From Bilabrum cf. latius (Eukaryota): a DNA stretch of 64,000 nucleotides. Numbering within the stretch: position 1 is the stretch's first letter; each line of letters starts with the position of its first letter. The stretch is taken from positions 930,001-994,000 of the forward strand of contig OZ237740.1 of the NCBI GenBank assembly GCA_965178125.1, read 5' to 3'. A program made the translations under genes and the position numbers. The notes beneath the pieces are model-generated. The model was not told the origin of the DNA and did no database searches. It was given only the letters and a program-made list of their open reading frames with translations. Shown here piece after piece: positions 49,901 through 63,000 of this stretch.

Positions 49901-52900
49901 CGGCTGCGGTTGGCAAAGCTGGAGTGCCTCGCAATGTGCAATGCCGACATTGTGCTAGCAACCTACAACACACTCAGACAAGAGTTCGCGCTGTCCAAGT
50001 CCGCGAGGCGCTCGTCGCGAGTCGAGACCGAGCGCAAGTCAAAGACCGCACCTCCCGTCACGCCGCTACGTCGCATCGAGTTCCGCCGGATGGTCATTGA
50101 TGAAGCGCAGCAGGTAGCGAAATCAAGTGCTGGTCTCGGCATCCTGATGAAGATGCTCACTAGGATAGAGGCGAAGAGGCGGTGGTGCGTCTCTGCCACC
50201 CCGCTAGGAGACGCGTCACTGCCTGCCATGTTCGGCCTACTTCGATTCCTGCGCCACCCGCTGCTTGGAGACGACAAGGTGTGGCGTGATCTTGCCGAAC
50301 CTCTCCTTGGGCTGGGGTCAGTGGATGCCTCCGTGGAGATGCTCAAGTACATGGTGGAGACTTTCTTTTACAGGCAAGACCAGTCCGCTGTGGAGGGCCT
50401 GTTCCTGCCCAGGCACACCTTCACGGTCAGAGTGCAGCCAACCACGGCAGAGCGGGAGAGGATCCGCGAGATCGAGGGCAGGGCGTGGACCTTGCTGCAA
50501 GACACTCTCAAGTAGCAAGCGGGTCTTCAAGGTCGAGCTGCCCAGACTGGTGAGGATGCCTGGGTCTCTGCTGGCGGAGGCGGTGCAGCCTAGGCTGACG
50601 GCTCCACTGGCAACCCTCCAAATGGAGAGAGTGGTGATTCAGAGGTCGCCCCACGAATCAGCCTGGACAGAATCCCAACGTACGACCACTCTCAGCTACT
50701 CACGCTTTAGCAAACTCTGCGGAAGATGCTTGATCTCAGGCACAAGATTTCGTATGCGAGAGGCGGCAAAAACTCCAAGCAGCAGCAGTCACAGGAGCAG
50801 CTATTGCGAGGCATTCGGATCCGATGCGCACAGCAGCATGAGGGCATCCGGAGGCAGCTCTGCTGGCGATGGCAGCACCTGGCTGAGATGCTTTTCCGGT
50901 CTGCCGCCTGTATTCGAACCGTGCAGCCGAGCGAGTACGCTTCGCTGCGAGAGCTGCTCACACAGGGATGGACGGTTCCCAGGGTGTCCTTGTCCGCTGA
51001 GGGCTTCCTGTCCAGCTCGACTGGCAGCCAGTTGAATGGGGCGGAGACTTCAGATGCAGGCGCGTGGCTGGATGCTTCGCTCGTGTTCGAATTGGGGCGA
51101 GCCATTGTGGGCGACTAGGAAGCAGCTGCGATTGCCCGCGTGTTGCGCTTGGAGAAGAACGTCACGAGGGGAGCACACCCGACAACTGCCCTCCTCCACG
51201 CGTCTGCGACGAGGCAGCTGCCCCTGGATGTTGAAGCTATCCGATCCAAGATGGGGGTCTCAACTAACGACGAAATGTTTGGGGATCTTGAGATGGGAGC
51301 GCGGCAGCTCATCCGCCTGTCTGCGGCGAGCAGTGATATCACGAGTGGCAAGGCTTAGCTGGGTTCAGAGTATGGCTTTGACTTCGAGGGCTGGAGTGGC
51401 ATGCTGCTGGCTGCTAGCCGCGACCAAGTCGAGAGAACTTACGTCGCTGCGTACGGTGACGGGGCTTACTTCCAGCACCGTGGATTCTGCGCGCGGCATG
51501 GGTTTGGAGTGATCGAAAACCAGATCGATGAGTACCGTCAGGCCTTACTGAGTGAGATCTCAGCGCGTTGTGTCGCATCTCGCGTCCTGCAGCTCCGCAA
51601 CGCCGACGTAGAGTACGCCGATGTGCGGCACACCTCCGGCGAGGCCGATTGGGAGTATCAGGACGAGTGCGATAGGCTGCAGAATGCGGTGATTGAGAAC
51701 GCAGACGATTCAGCTGGGACTGATGAAGACGTGGAGAGGGCCGGTAGCAGCGCCGCACAGTCCAAGTCCGGTGATTCCCTTGCTTCGGTGCTTCCGTTCT
51801 AGCAGACGAAACAGCGCTGGTGCGCACGCCTGCGTGGGTCGATAGCAAGCCTGAAAGAGCGAGGGGCTGATAGCAGCCGCCGGCAAAACGCTGCGCCGGG
51901 CAGCTCAGCAAGCTCGGCCGCCATGCCAAAGCCGCCTGCTTCGCTCCAGCGCTCAGCCTCGAGTGCAGGGGAAGATCGGTATCGCAAGCTGTACGTCGGA
52001 ATGCACTCTGCCGTCAGCAACGCGAAAGACATCGCTGACAACCGAATCGACCCCATCGGCCCGACACTCTTGCGATTACACCGCGGCACGATAGGCGGAA
52101 TGCCTGCGCCGGATTTCTTCAAGGGCTTGCAATAGCGCAAGGATCACATTGAACGGCTGCTGGCCTTATTCGACAAGATGCATCCAATGCTGATTCATTT
52201 GCAGCTTCTACCCAGGCTGCTCTTGATCGAAAAACAGGAAGATCCTGAGAGCGTGTTGAATGCAGCCCGCACGTTCATTGCTCCCCCTACCGTTCTTACC
52301 CAAGACATGGTGCATGCAACGCCGGATGGCAGAGACGGCCGGGAAGACATGTGGCACAAGAGCTGGGACAGCAGCGTCGATGCCTCTCAGGCGGACAACG
52401 TTGAAGAAAAGGGTAGTACCGAGGCAGCGGCAGCAGCACGGAGTACCTCCGCATCCGCTCCCATGGAATCCGAGGAGAAAGACAACGAGGAGGATGCAGG
52501 CAACGCCAAATCGGGCACGGATGGGCATGATCAGGGCACTTCAGCCAGGGCGGCGGCGGAAGATACAAGCCGCCACCCGCTTTGTCGCAGGGGACAGGAG
52601 GAGGATTTGAACCTGCGAATGGATCCGAGAGCGTTTGCGATCCTCGCCGGAGTCCGAGCCGCACTGCAATGCTACAGGGAAGCTCAAGACGTCGAGGTCG
52701 ACCGCGAGACTTTGGAAGACGAAGAGAGGGGCACCCTTCAGTGGAGTCTGCTTGAAATGCGCAATGCTGCCTTGTTGCAAGCTGTCGCAAGAGCCTTTGG
52801 TCGCTTAGATTGGCAGGAGGAGTGCAGGCGACAAAAACGAAGGAAGGTGCACCTGTACGTGCAGACGAAGGCAAGGCAGCTTCGAAAGCACTTCGTCATT

Positions 52901-55417
52901 CTGTAGGAACACATCAAGACGGCCTACGGCATTTCAAATTCGTTCAATCAAGACGCAGACTGTGTCGATGGAGAGAACGGCCAGGTTCGGCTGGCGAAGA
53001 GCGCGAGCACGGGGTCTGCAAGCGCGGCATCATCGGTGAGCATGCGGGACGATGGAGACGAGGATGCGGATGTAGTCGTCACCTCAAGTGCGGCCGGCTC
53101 GAGCACGGAAGGGAAGCACGCAGGAGCGCCTCGGGGGCTGCATGCCTGGCTGGACGGGTCCACTGTGCAGAACTCGAGTGGAGAGCGAGCGGACGGGACT
53201 TCACGTCCAGTGAATGGAGATTTGAAGGCGGTCACCGCAAAGCTCCAGAAGGACCTTTGTCACTTGGCAGAATTGACTGCATCTACTGTGCTGGCCGATT
53301 TGCAACGGGCAGTCGAGAACTCGTAGTCTTTTGACGAGAGGACAAGGAAGTGGATTCAGATCGAGCAATCGGTGATTGTGCAGCGCTGGAACCTGGTGAA
53401 ACCAGGTTCGGACGGCCGCCCCGAAGTTACCAGTGTGCGAGAGTACGAAAAGGCCAACGCAAGAATATTGGCCGCTGCAAATGCGCAGCTTCATGCGCTC
53501 CTGAGAGGAACAGATGATGTACCATACCCTTTGTCAAAGACGAGGCCGCGGCTGCTCAGCAGCCTGTCGCTGGAATGCCTTCACTAGATGCGTTCGCACA
53601 TTGAGGCGTCCCGGCTGCAGGCAGGTGTCCTCCTTTCCATACGGAACTAGGCCGCTGCGACGTACAAGGAGCTGCGGGGCATATGCACGGGGATGGACTA
53701 CGTCACGGACATGAGCAGCATCCTTGACCCCGTCTCGCACAACGACGCCGATTCGGGCCGCTGGAGTGACGCAGATGAGATGCCAAACTCAAGGATGATC
53801 GGCCTCGTGCGAGATGCACTGCGAGGGATTGCTGGAAGCGAACGGTTTGTGCAGCCCAGTGCATCTTAGGCCGAAGACCCCTCCAAACGAGCGGGTGCCC
53901 CACCGGACACGTGGCATCGCAGGGCAGGTATTGATCGTGGGCTGCACGAAATTGCAGACCTAGAGTCGCAGTCAACGAGAACGTTCAACCTGAAGCTCGA
54001 GCAGGACAAGAAGTTTGCGCTGCTCCAGCAAACGATCAAGCGGGCCGACGGCGCGGGGCTGGACCCTGGCAAGGCCGATGAGCTTAACCTGCCGCAGTGC
54101 GCCGTCACTATGTGCGTGCCTATCCATCCAGTAATGGTGCCTTGCTGCGGCAGTACGTACGAGCGCGAAGTTCTCGAGAAGTGGATTCGACAGAAGGGGT
54201 CTTGCTGCCTATGCCGTAGCCGGCTCACGAAGGACCAGATCATCTCGCTGGAGACCAGCACAGTCGCCGAAGAGTCTGGTATATTCCACGTGTCACACCG
54301 CAACCCATAGCAGCAGGTTCAGACGCTCAAGGCAACCAAGAACGCGCTGCTAGCTCAGGGCAAACTGGACTAGGGCTCGGCTGCAATGCATGCTGAGGAG
54401 GACGACGACATGAACCGACACTCGTCTGATGAAGATGACGACGAAGATGAGGACGAGGATGAGGACGAGGACGAGGAACCAATCGTTGCACGAAGAAGGG
54501 GTGGCGCCGGTGCTAGGCGAGCTGGTCGAGGCAGAAGTCGCCGCTATGACGCCGATACTGCTGCAGCCACCGCGGACACTGAGGCTCTGCTGCTCGATCC
54601 TCGCCCAGGGAAAATGCCAGCGGCTCCGTGGGAGAGGCGGACGCAGGTGCCCGCCCACCTTCTACCGGTGGCAAACTACGCACTGCCTGCCGACTCTGCC
54701 ACGAGCAACTCCGAAAAGGTGGGCGATTTCACGGCAAAGATCGCCGTGTTGATCCGAAGGACAAAGGCACTGCCAGCAGACGAGCAGGCCGTCGTCTTCG
54801 TCCAAGACTCGGGCATCGCGCAGCTAATCCTGAAGGCATTCTCTGGTTCTGGAGTGAAGGCGATCGGCATTTTGGGCTCGGAGCAGCAGCAGCGTGAGTC
54901 CATGCAGAAATTCGGCGATGGCGTTGCCAGGGTTCTCGTGCTCGACTACCAGCGGGGCGCCAAGGGACTCACGCTGAACCAGGCCAACAACGTGTTCCTA
55001 GTGGACCCGGCGCTGCCACACACAGAGGCACAAGCAGTATCCAGGGTGTGGCGCTATGGTCAGCAGAAACAGGTAAACGTGTTCCGAATTGTGCTTGAGG
55101 ACTCCATGGAGGAGCGGATGTTGCTTGCCAAAGATGCATCCAAGGACCGTCCCGCCAGCGAGCCAATGGACGTTGTCGAAAACGATCAGCAGGACGACGC
55201 GATTTTGCGTGATGCATTGCGCGTGGAGCCGGAGACAGCATGGCAAGAAGCCCCAGCGGTGCACCTCGGCGAGCTAGAGATCAAGTCTATCGGCGACCTT
55301 GCCTACATCGTCGGGGCCAAGCAAGGGACAGCTGGAAACAGCGGCACGGCTGCTTCGGTGGATCCGGGAGATGAGGCTAGCAGCGCTGCGCAGGCCATGG
55401 TCGATGATTTTGAATGA
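46964..55417 (+). CDS. SNF2-family ATPase, SHPRH/Rad5-like, with U-box/RING-like domain, ~2,800 aa
   Basis: TLRPD*NRSLAFL (Q motif), GGVLASEMGLGKT, TLIVVDSVLLDQWVKEI, ADIVLATYNTL, RRMVIDEAQ, RWCVSATP, GAKGLTLNQANNV, QAVSRVWRYGQ. Fourteen same-frame ORFs are joined by TAG; ends in TGA. The start and any 5' intron are uncertain. Confidence 0.85.
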
Positions 55418-55485
55418 TTTCTCTATAGATTGCTTCGTCGACTAGCTCACAAATCTTCACAATCACCCTCTACACTGCCGGCCGG

Positions 55486-58400
55486 TCAATCCTCGTCAGG
55501 TGCTGCGGTATGTACGTCAGTAAATGAGCTCATCTGCTCCACCCCCACGTCAGTGGATTGGGGAGAATTGGACCCGACACTACTTGTGTACCACTCCATC
55601 GCTTGAGAATTCTGCCTACTTCTATTAGACGCTGCGCTGAGTACACGAACCCGCGCCACACCGTGGCTGGTTGCGCCTGGTCCAGCTGAAAATTGACCAG
55701 GCATCGGCAAGTCTGCTGGTTCATCAACATGATCTACCAGATGCACAGCCTCGTGTCTGACACTGGTACTCGTGCCCATCACATGACTGTCTCCGCCCTA
55801 TCCTATCTCTGAGCTGTAGGTTTGCATCGGGCCCACCTAAGCAGTCACGACAGCAACCGAGCCGTCTCGCAACGCACTTCCTGTTGCACCAACTCGGCTG
55901 GCGCCACCTCGAATTCGAAAACCAGCCTCTGGATCGAGTTCATGCTATGCTGCAGCGTGAAGAACAGGTGTATGGTCCTTGCGCCTTTCACTCGGTAACC
56001 CTGCCCAAGCTGCGGCGTCGACAGCGCATGGCGCAAGTTCAACCGCCTGCCTTGAGCGAGACTACAGCCTCATGGGCGAGAAAATGGGAAGCATGCGTTG
56101 ATCTTCCTGAAGCTTAGCCGCGTCTGTGAGCCGTGCAATCCGTGCTAGAGCTCCTTCTGGCTAGTGCGGGACTTGCGCATCTCCGTCCACTAGGTTTGTC
56201 TGCAAGGATACGGTCATAGTCCCGGCCCCAGCAGCACTTGCTGCGCGTTCGGCGGACACAATGTGCGTGGTTCCACCTGCGAGAAGTTGCTCGCATTCAC
56301 TTATCGTCGAAGATGCTAGCTTTTTGCTACTAGTCGCAGACTTTCGGGCTTGTGTTGCTGCCGGTTCTCCCACCATGCCTGCCTCCAGTAGTTCCCCAGT
56401 TGCCTCTTCAAGCGCGGCAGCTGCTAGTTGAGCTTGCTGCGCTGCTTCGATGCCCATCTCAAGCGACTCTGGTGTTCCTTCTCGCGAAACCATCGTGGCA
56501 TATCCGTTGTATGCACTGGTCTGCAGGGTCAGCGCGGCGAGTTGCAGCTGCGGAGTGGTGGCATCAAGAGGAGTCCGGTCGTACCCAGCCTCGGCCGGCA
56601 GCTACCCGCGTGCAATGGCAGCTGATATTGCCCCTGCCCGGCGCATGGCTTCCTGAGGGCTGACTCGCAGCTGAGCGAGGATCGCACGCGCTGCCTCAAC
56701 TGCACCTCTGCCGCGACGTGCTGCGCTTGCACCTAACTGCTCCAGCCATCGTGCGAAAATGAGCTACACCTGCAACACAGGACAGGGAATGTGCAGCGCG
56801 CTGAATGTGGTCTCCTAGCTCTGCGCAATGGCATCCTCATCATCACTATCAGATGGAGCTGGGACGAAGTCTTGCGTTGGCAGAGTGCCATCCAAGACTG
56901 CTTGAGCGAGCACAACTCCAACTGCCGCGATCCTGCCGAGCCGAAGAGCCGCGTCGGCCAGTGCCACAACGAACTAGGAGTCAATGCGTGCTCCATTTAG
57001 TCTGGATGGGCACCCGTGTAGCACATGTACATCATCCAGGGCCATGGCTGCTCTAGCAGCTAGGGCGGCCTGCACGCCCTCCACTACCTAGATGCATGCT
57101 GTAGCTCGCTGCACGTGACCTTCAAGAGGCAGCAGTGGAAGCTGCTTGCCCTCCACGACGCACGCACCCTGCAATACCCCCAGCACGCTTCCCATCCACG
57201 CATCCCCGAATCTAGTCCCGGCCAAGCAAGGAAACGTCCGGATCGAGGCCTCTGGGTCCACGCTCTCGCGAATTGCCATTTCGTTTCTCAGTGCAACCCA
57301 CGCGCACCTAAAGCCCTAGCCCGCATTGCCGTGCTCCAGCGCTTGCGAAGCCAGAGCCAGCATGCAGCGGTCATACTGCGCAATAACATCGCTGGGAACT
57401 CGCACGCCGAGGCAGATGCTTGGTTTTGATTTCTTGCTGGCATCGGTCGATTCACCGCGCCAGGCACACACGGTTGGTAGGTCTGGCAGGCCCATGTAGT
57501 TCTTCCTGCCCTCTGCCTTGACCTGTCTCGCTGTCTAGTTGTGGTCGATTACGCACACGGGGCTGCAGTGGAAAGCAACCCATTCGTGAGCCTGGGATGG
57601 CATGTCATGCTCATCTTCGCGGCGAACTGCCAGCTGCGCAGAGAGTCCAGGCAGCCCGCTGAGAACAACAGTCGCCGGTTGACCCAAGAGGCTGCGAAGC
57701 GTCCGAGTGGCTTTCCACCTGCGTCTAGCATCCTCCTGTGCGTCGCCGATGGACTAACGGCGTGCTGTGGAGTCGTACAGCGCCTCGAGCGCGGACAGGC
57801 GGCGGATGGGCTTGGGAGGTGCCGGTGCGGTGCCGCTTATTGGGGTACCTGCTGAAGTTGGTGATGCAGCTATGTTGGGAAGAGCCTGCTTGGATGTGTG
57901 GAGCACTGAGACAGCAGTGCTGGATGGAATTGCCGCTAGACCACGAGTCTCTCGCTTGTCCAGGGCATCAAAACCTTCTGCTGCTTCGGCACGCTGCCTG
58001 GCCTGCGATTGAATGGACCGCAGGGGGGTGGTACCGTTGCGGGATTCACACCGCTTCCAGTTGTCCACGACAGCATCTAGAGATTCCTGGGCAACTTTTG
58101 CCCCTAGATTGAGAGTGTCTAGCAGTACGTCGGCCCATTCAGAGTCAGCAGTCTCCCGCGCATGCCCTGCACATTGGTCCATGCTACCGCTCTCAGCTGT
58201 GTTCTCTATTCGTGCAAGCGCAGACCGGATGGCCGCGCTTGATGCCTTCTTCAGAAGTGCACCCTTTAGGGTCTTCTCATCGTCGTTTCGCTTGTAGCCC
58301 GACTTTGGCGCTAGTGCCGCCAGTGTTTGCGCTGGCAGCTGCAGACGCTCGCCCGCAAATACAGCTGCGGCTTTGCATACCTCCTGCAGGGCAGCGACAA

Positions 58401-59871
58401 GGTTGCCATCGCACACACGCGACAGAGCAGCCGCAATGCACAAGCTTACTACTCTAGACTGCACGCTACCCGCAGCTCGTTGAGCAACCGACCGCAGCAC
58501 GCTAGCCACCGATGTGCTCGTGTGCAAGGGCGCTAGGTGCGCACCAAGTCGAGCAATGGCACTGCTTCTACCGCTTCTTCTTGCCGCAGTCGACTTTCCG
58601 CCACCCGCGCTTCCCTTTAGGGACATGACTGAGCCTTGGCGGCTCTGCAGGAGACCTGAGGTGATAGTCTGTCTGGTCTCGCGAGGGCCGCCTCCTCTAG
58701 TGGCCGCCACGGTACCAAAGCCGCCGTCCACCGCACGTCGATCAACTCCAACACGAGGGGCCGCCGTTTCAACCGCGCCATCGTGTTCGGCTAAATCAGC
58801 TGTTTTCACTGCTCCATCGGCCTCCTCCATTCCAGTAGCGGCGCCAGTCGCGGCCAGCGCCGTTCTGAACCCCTCCATGGCCGCCTGTCTCCTCGACGCC
58901 CTTGCCTCGTCGACCGCCCTGTGGGTAGGCGCGAGCTCCGCCAGCCTCTCCATCTGCTCCTCTTCCCGTCGACGGGCACCCAGTGCCCCGTATAGCCTAG
59001 CGCGCATGAGGTACAGCTCTGGTTCCTTCGGCCGCAGCACGATGGCCGCGCTGACATCGTCCAGGGCGAGATCCAGGCGGACCATGTGGGTGCGACAGGC
59101 TGCACGAAGGAAGTACAGGCGCCAGTCCAGGGGCTCAAACTCAAGGGCAGCGCACAGCGTGTGTTCTGCCGTCTGCCACTCTCCAGACGAGCACAGCGCG
59201 CGCGCCAAGGCGAGCTGCATGCGCGCCACAGATCGCGGGCGAAGCGCTGCTTGCTCCTTGGCAAGCGCCTCGAGCTCCACGCGGACCTCGTCTTCCGTGA
59301 TGACTGGCAGTGACAGCTCGGGCTTCGGTGATCCAGCGCCGTGCGGTGGCGGATCTAGCATTAGATCTGGCTTACTCTCATACACGCCGGCAACCGGAGG
59401 TTCCCACCGTACCGACTACAAATCACAGCCGTCGCGAAGCAAGCGGTTGAGTTGCGCTCGCTTTGTCCGACCCTCTCTCGATGCTGGGGATGGATGGCTC
59501 AGCGGCGTGGATGCTCGGCTATCCTAGCGTTGTCTTGAGCTACCTGGTCGCCTGTGAGTTTTGGCCGCAGCCATGAGCCGCTTCTGCAGCTCGGCCGTCG
59601 ACTGTCGATGTGATTCCGCAACAGCGGACGCACCACGGACTCGTAAGGCCTACGCCAGATCCTCTGTTGCAGATCGTAGATCCAATAAACCCAGCCACGC
59701 ATGGCTACGCACTAAATGAGCCCCAGCAAGCTCTGCAGGCAACCGGTTGGGGTCATTGATTGCCATGGTTGAACACCGCAAAGCCGAGTCATATCGCCGC
59801 GCCGCAAGCTATCTGCGAGCCAGCGCGAGACACACATCGCTTGCAATAATATCTCTACGAACACCTTCCAT
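55486..59871 (-). CDS. Tetratricopeptide-repeat protein, ~1,460 aa (an extra 5' exon is possible)
   Basis: TPRs: LARALCSSGEWQTAEHTLCAALEFEPLDWRLYFLRAAC...ALDDVSAAIVLRPKEPELYLMRARLY. Hand translation stays open except for TAG from 59871 to TGA at 55486-55488. A TTAACAG acceptor-like site lies near 59908. Confidence 0.7.
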
Positions 59872-60070
59872 TGAGATCAAGACAGGTGCTCGCCTTTCGA
59901 TGGCATCCTGTTAATGAAACGGGTCGCAGCCAGATGGTCGCACTTTACTTTTGTGGCGTGCGAAATTATGAAAAGTCTGGTATTCGGCTGGCTCTCGTCT
60001 GGTCTCACGATTGTTTTGGGCCTTGCCCAGCCGTCCTACGGGATAAATCGTATTTTACCGACCCTGTACC

Positions 60071-63000
60071 ATGAAAATGTGTTTATATATTCTATTCGTA
60101 GTTGGAATGCTGCTTGATCGTGAGTCGGTAGCTGTCGTGTCCTTCGTGCGCCACGCTGCTGCATTCAAGCCGACCGCCTGTCTCGTAGTTGCAGACCTCT
60201 TCTCACTGAAACCAAACCAAACTGTTTTCGGTGTGTACATTTTCATTTGCAGACGCGGCGGCAGTGGAGTCAGTGACACGAGCGCCAGCGACGTGCCACG
60301 AGCTCTGCGAACTGTCGGGGCATGGAGCTTGCACGAGTTTGCCAAGTGGGAAAGGAAAGTATTGCAAATGTGACGACGGTTATAGAGGTGTTGCATGCCA
60401 GGCAAAGTAGTGCCCCGGTGTCGTTGCAGCCAAGCTGTCAGCAAAGCTGAATGCGTTGGCCGAGGATGCTGCCACAGTGTCCGAATCCCAAGATAAGGAT
60501 GAGATCGCCAGTCTATCGAAAGCACTTAAGGCTGCGGGTGCCATATCCCCGAGCATGCTTGCTCAGCTTCATTCTGATTCGGCCAGATCCGTGGCACCGG
60601 CGAGTGACTTAGAGCAGGCTTTGGGGCTTGGGCCAGGCGGCGCAGACGCCCTCAAGGCAGCCTCAAAGCTGGCAGCCGAGCGCGATTTGGTCGAGGCAGC
60701 AGCGGAGAGCGGCGATAATGGCGTGGGTGATGCAGCTGAAGAGGAGAAAGAGGAGGCAGCGAAGCTGGCTCGATTGGAGGCAACGGGCGGGCGAGACCCC
60801 GTGGCGCTGTGTGGAGGGCACGGCGTCTGCCAGGCAAGCACGGGCGAGTGCAGGTGCTCGGGTGGGTGGCACGGGCCTGACTGCAAGACCCGCGAGGGAG
60901 AGGAAGTTAAGACCCCGGAGGGAGATGAAGTTAAGACCCCTAAGGGAGAGGAGGTTAAGCAAGCCGAGAAAAAGGACTGCGAGGAGGACAAAGACTGCGG
61001 GGGCAGCGAGGCGGGCAAGTGCGGAGACGACGGGAAGTGCTTGTGCTCAGAGGGGCGGGCTGGTAAGCATTGTGAGAAGAAACTGTGCTCCCCGAACGAC
61101 TGCAGTGGGCATGGCAAGTGCAACCACGGGTCTGGCAGCTGCCACTGCCAGGACGGCTGGCAGGGCGCTGGATGCAACGAGAAGGCGCCGGTGGTGCACG
61201 GCACTGTGGTGGGCAAGGTGGTGAACCAAACGGATGGGGATTCTACTCCTCGCTTCATGAGTGTTCCTGCGCACGGCGGGTGGCGGGAGGCGCTTGGTCC
61301 CAGCAGTGAGGGCGAGGATGAGGGTGAGGGCGCCGAGGTGGAGGAGCAGGAGACCGGCATGCGCTTCCGTTCCAGCTCTCTGTCAACTGAGGGCAAGCGG
61401 GCAGTAAAGTCCACAGAGAGGTTTCTTGTGGTATGCGAGCCGGGATGGACGGGCTCGGATTGCTCTGTTCGCGTCAAGGAAGCTGCCTGCAATGGAGGAA
61501 AGGGGTGCTCGGGGCACGGGCAGTGCACGCAGTACGGGTGCATTTGCGAGGGCGAGTGGTTCGGGCCTCGCTGCGACGTCACGGCCAACGGGGCGCAGTG
61601 CCCGGTGGGCCGCGGTTTCAAGCCCAGTTACGGCTCGGATGACCTCAGCCGTGCTGCCGCCCGTGACAGGCTCTCTCTCGATGCTGCCGTGGAGGCCGGC
61701 ATCGTGCGCGGTGCAGAGTCCACGAGGGAGGACGAGGAAGCGGGAGGCGAGGAAAACGAGTCCAAGCCACAGGCCATGGGCACCGTCTTTGGCACGGGGG
61801 AGGGGGGCTCTGAAGGAGACGAGGCCGTTGCCAGTGCGGGTGCGGCCGAGGAGGGGGAGGAGGCGGAGGACGAGGAGCAGGAGGAACTCGACAATGCGAT
61901 GACCGAGGCAGAGAAATAGGAGGACGAGGAGGACGCCAAGTCACAGCCAGTGATCAATGGCGGTGCCGCCCTGAGGGAAAAGGCAGGGCTGCCGAGATTC
62001 GCGGCTCGTAGGGGTGACGCAATGGGGCCCGGCGTGCTGCAGCAGAGCAACTGGGGCGGAGACTTCGACCAGGACTCCACGGACGACGACGGGCCCGCCA
62101 CCGATGAGCTGGCGGCCGCGCTTGCTGCTGCCCAGGGCAGCATGGGGGGCGGGCCTGTGCCTGTGCAGCGCAGTACCGGCGTCTTGGGTGATGCTCCTGC
62201 GCCGGGCCAGAGGGAGTTTGCGTCGATGCGTGCAGTGTCCACGGTTGCAGCTCAGCTCATGCAGTCGGGTGCCAGGGCAGCGGCGGGTGTATCTGACGCC
62301 AGGCAGCGCCACTTTGAAGCTGCATCCATCGGTGCCCTTGAGCGGGTTGGCGTGGTGGAGGCAGGGGATGCGGAGAGCAAGGAGGATACTGCCTCACGTC
62401 AGGCGAAGAAGGAGCTCTTGTCCAAAGCCGCCGCGTTCATCGCAGCAGCCGACGAGCCCACAGAGCTGCAGGAGAGGCACGAGTACCGGCACGGGCTGGG
62501 GAGCGGGAGACAGTGCTCTGGGCTTGGCCTTTGCGCTGAGGATGGGAGCTGTCGATGCTAGCCAGGGTATGGTGGGGACAGCTGCCAGCTTCGCCAGGTC
62601 AAGCACGGCGTTTGCAGCGCGGCGCCCGAGCCGCTGGCGAGCAATATGTTTGAGCTTGCGCTGGACAAGGTCGCGCAGAAGAAGAAGGCCAACGCGTAGG
62701 AATCGAAGGCCGGGAACGGCACCGCGGCTGCTCTGCAGGCAAGGGGGTCGGTGGCGCAGCGCAAGGACGAGGACGATGATGAGCCTCTCAGGCTAGTGTG
62801 TCGTTGCGGTCTTGTGCCAGCACAGAAAGCTGCGTTCCCAGGGCAGCGATACACAGGGCCATCGTGTGACAAGCTCTCCTGTCCCAAGGATTGCAGCGGG
62901 CGCGGCTCTTGCGGAGAGCACGGGCAGTGCCTGTGCCCGCCTGGATGGACGGGTGACGCTTGTGACAAGCCGTCGTGCGTGGACATGTGCGGCGGCCGCG

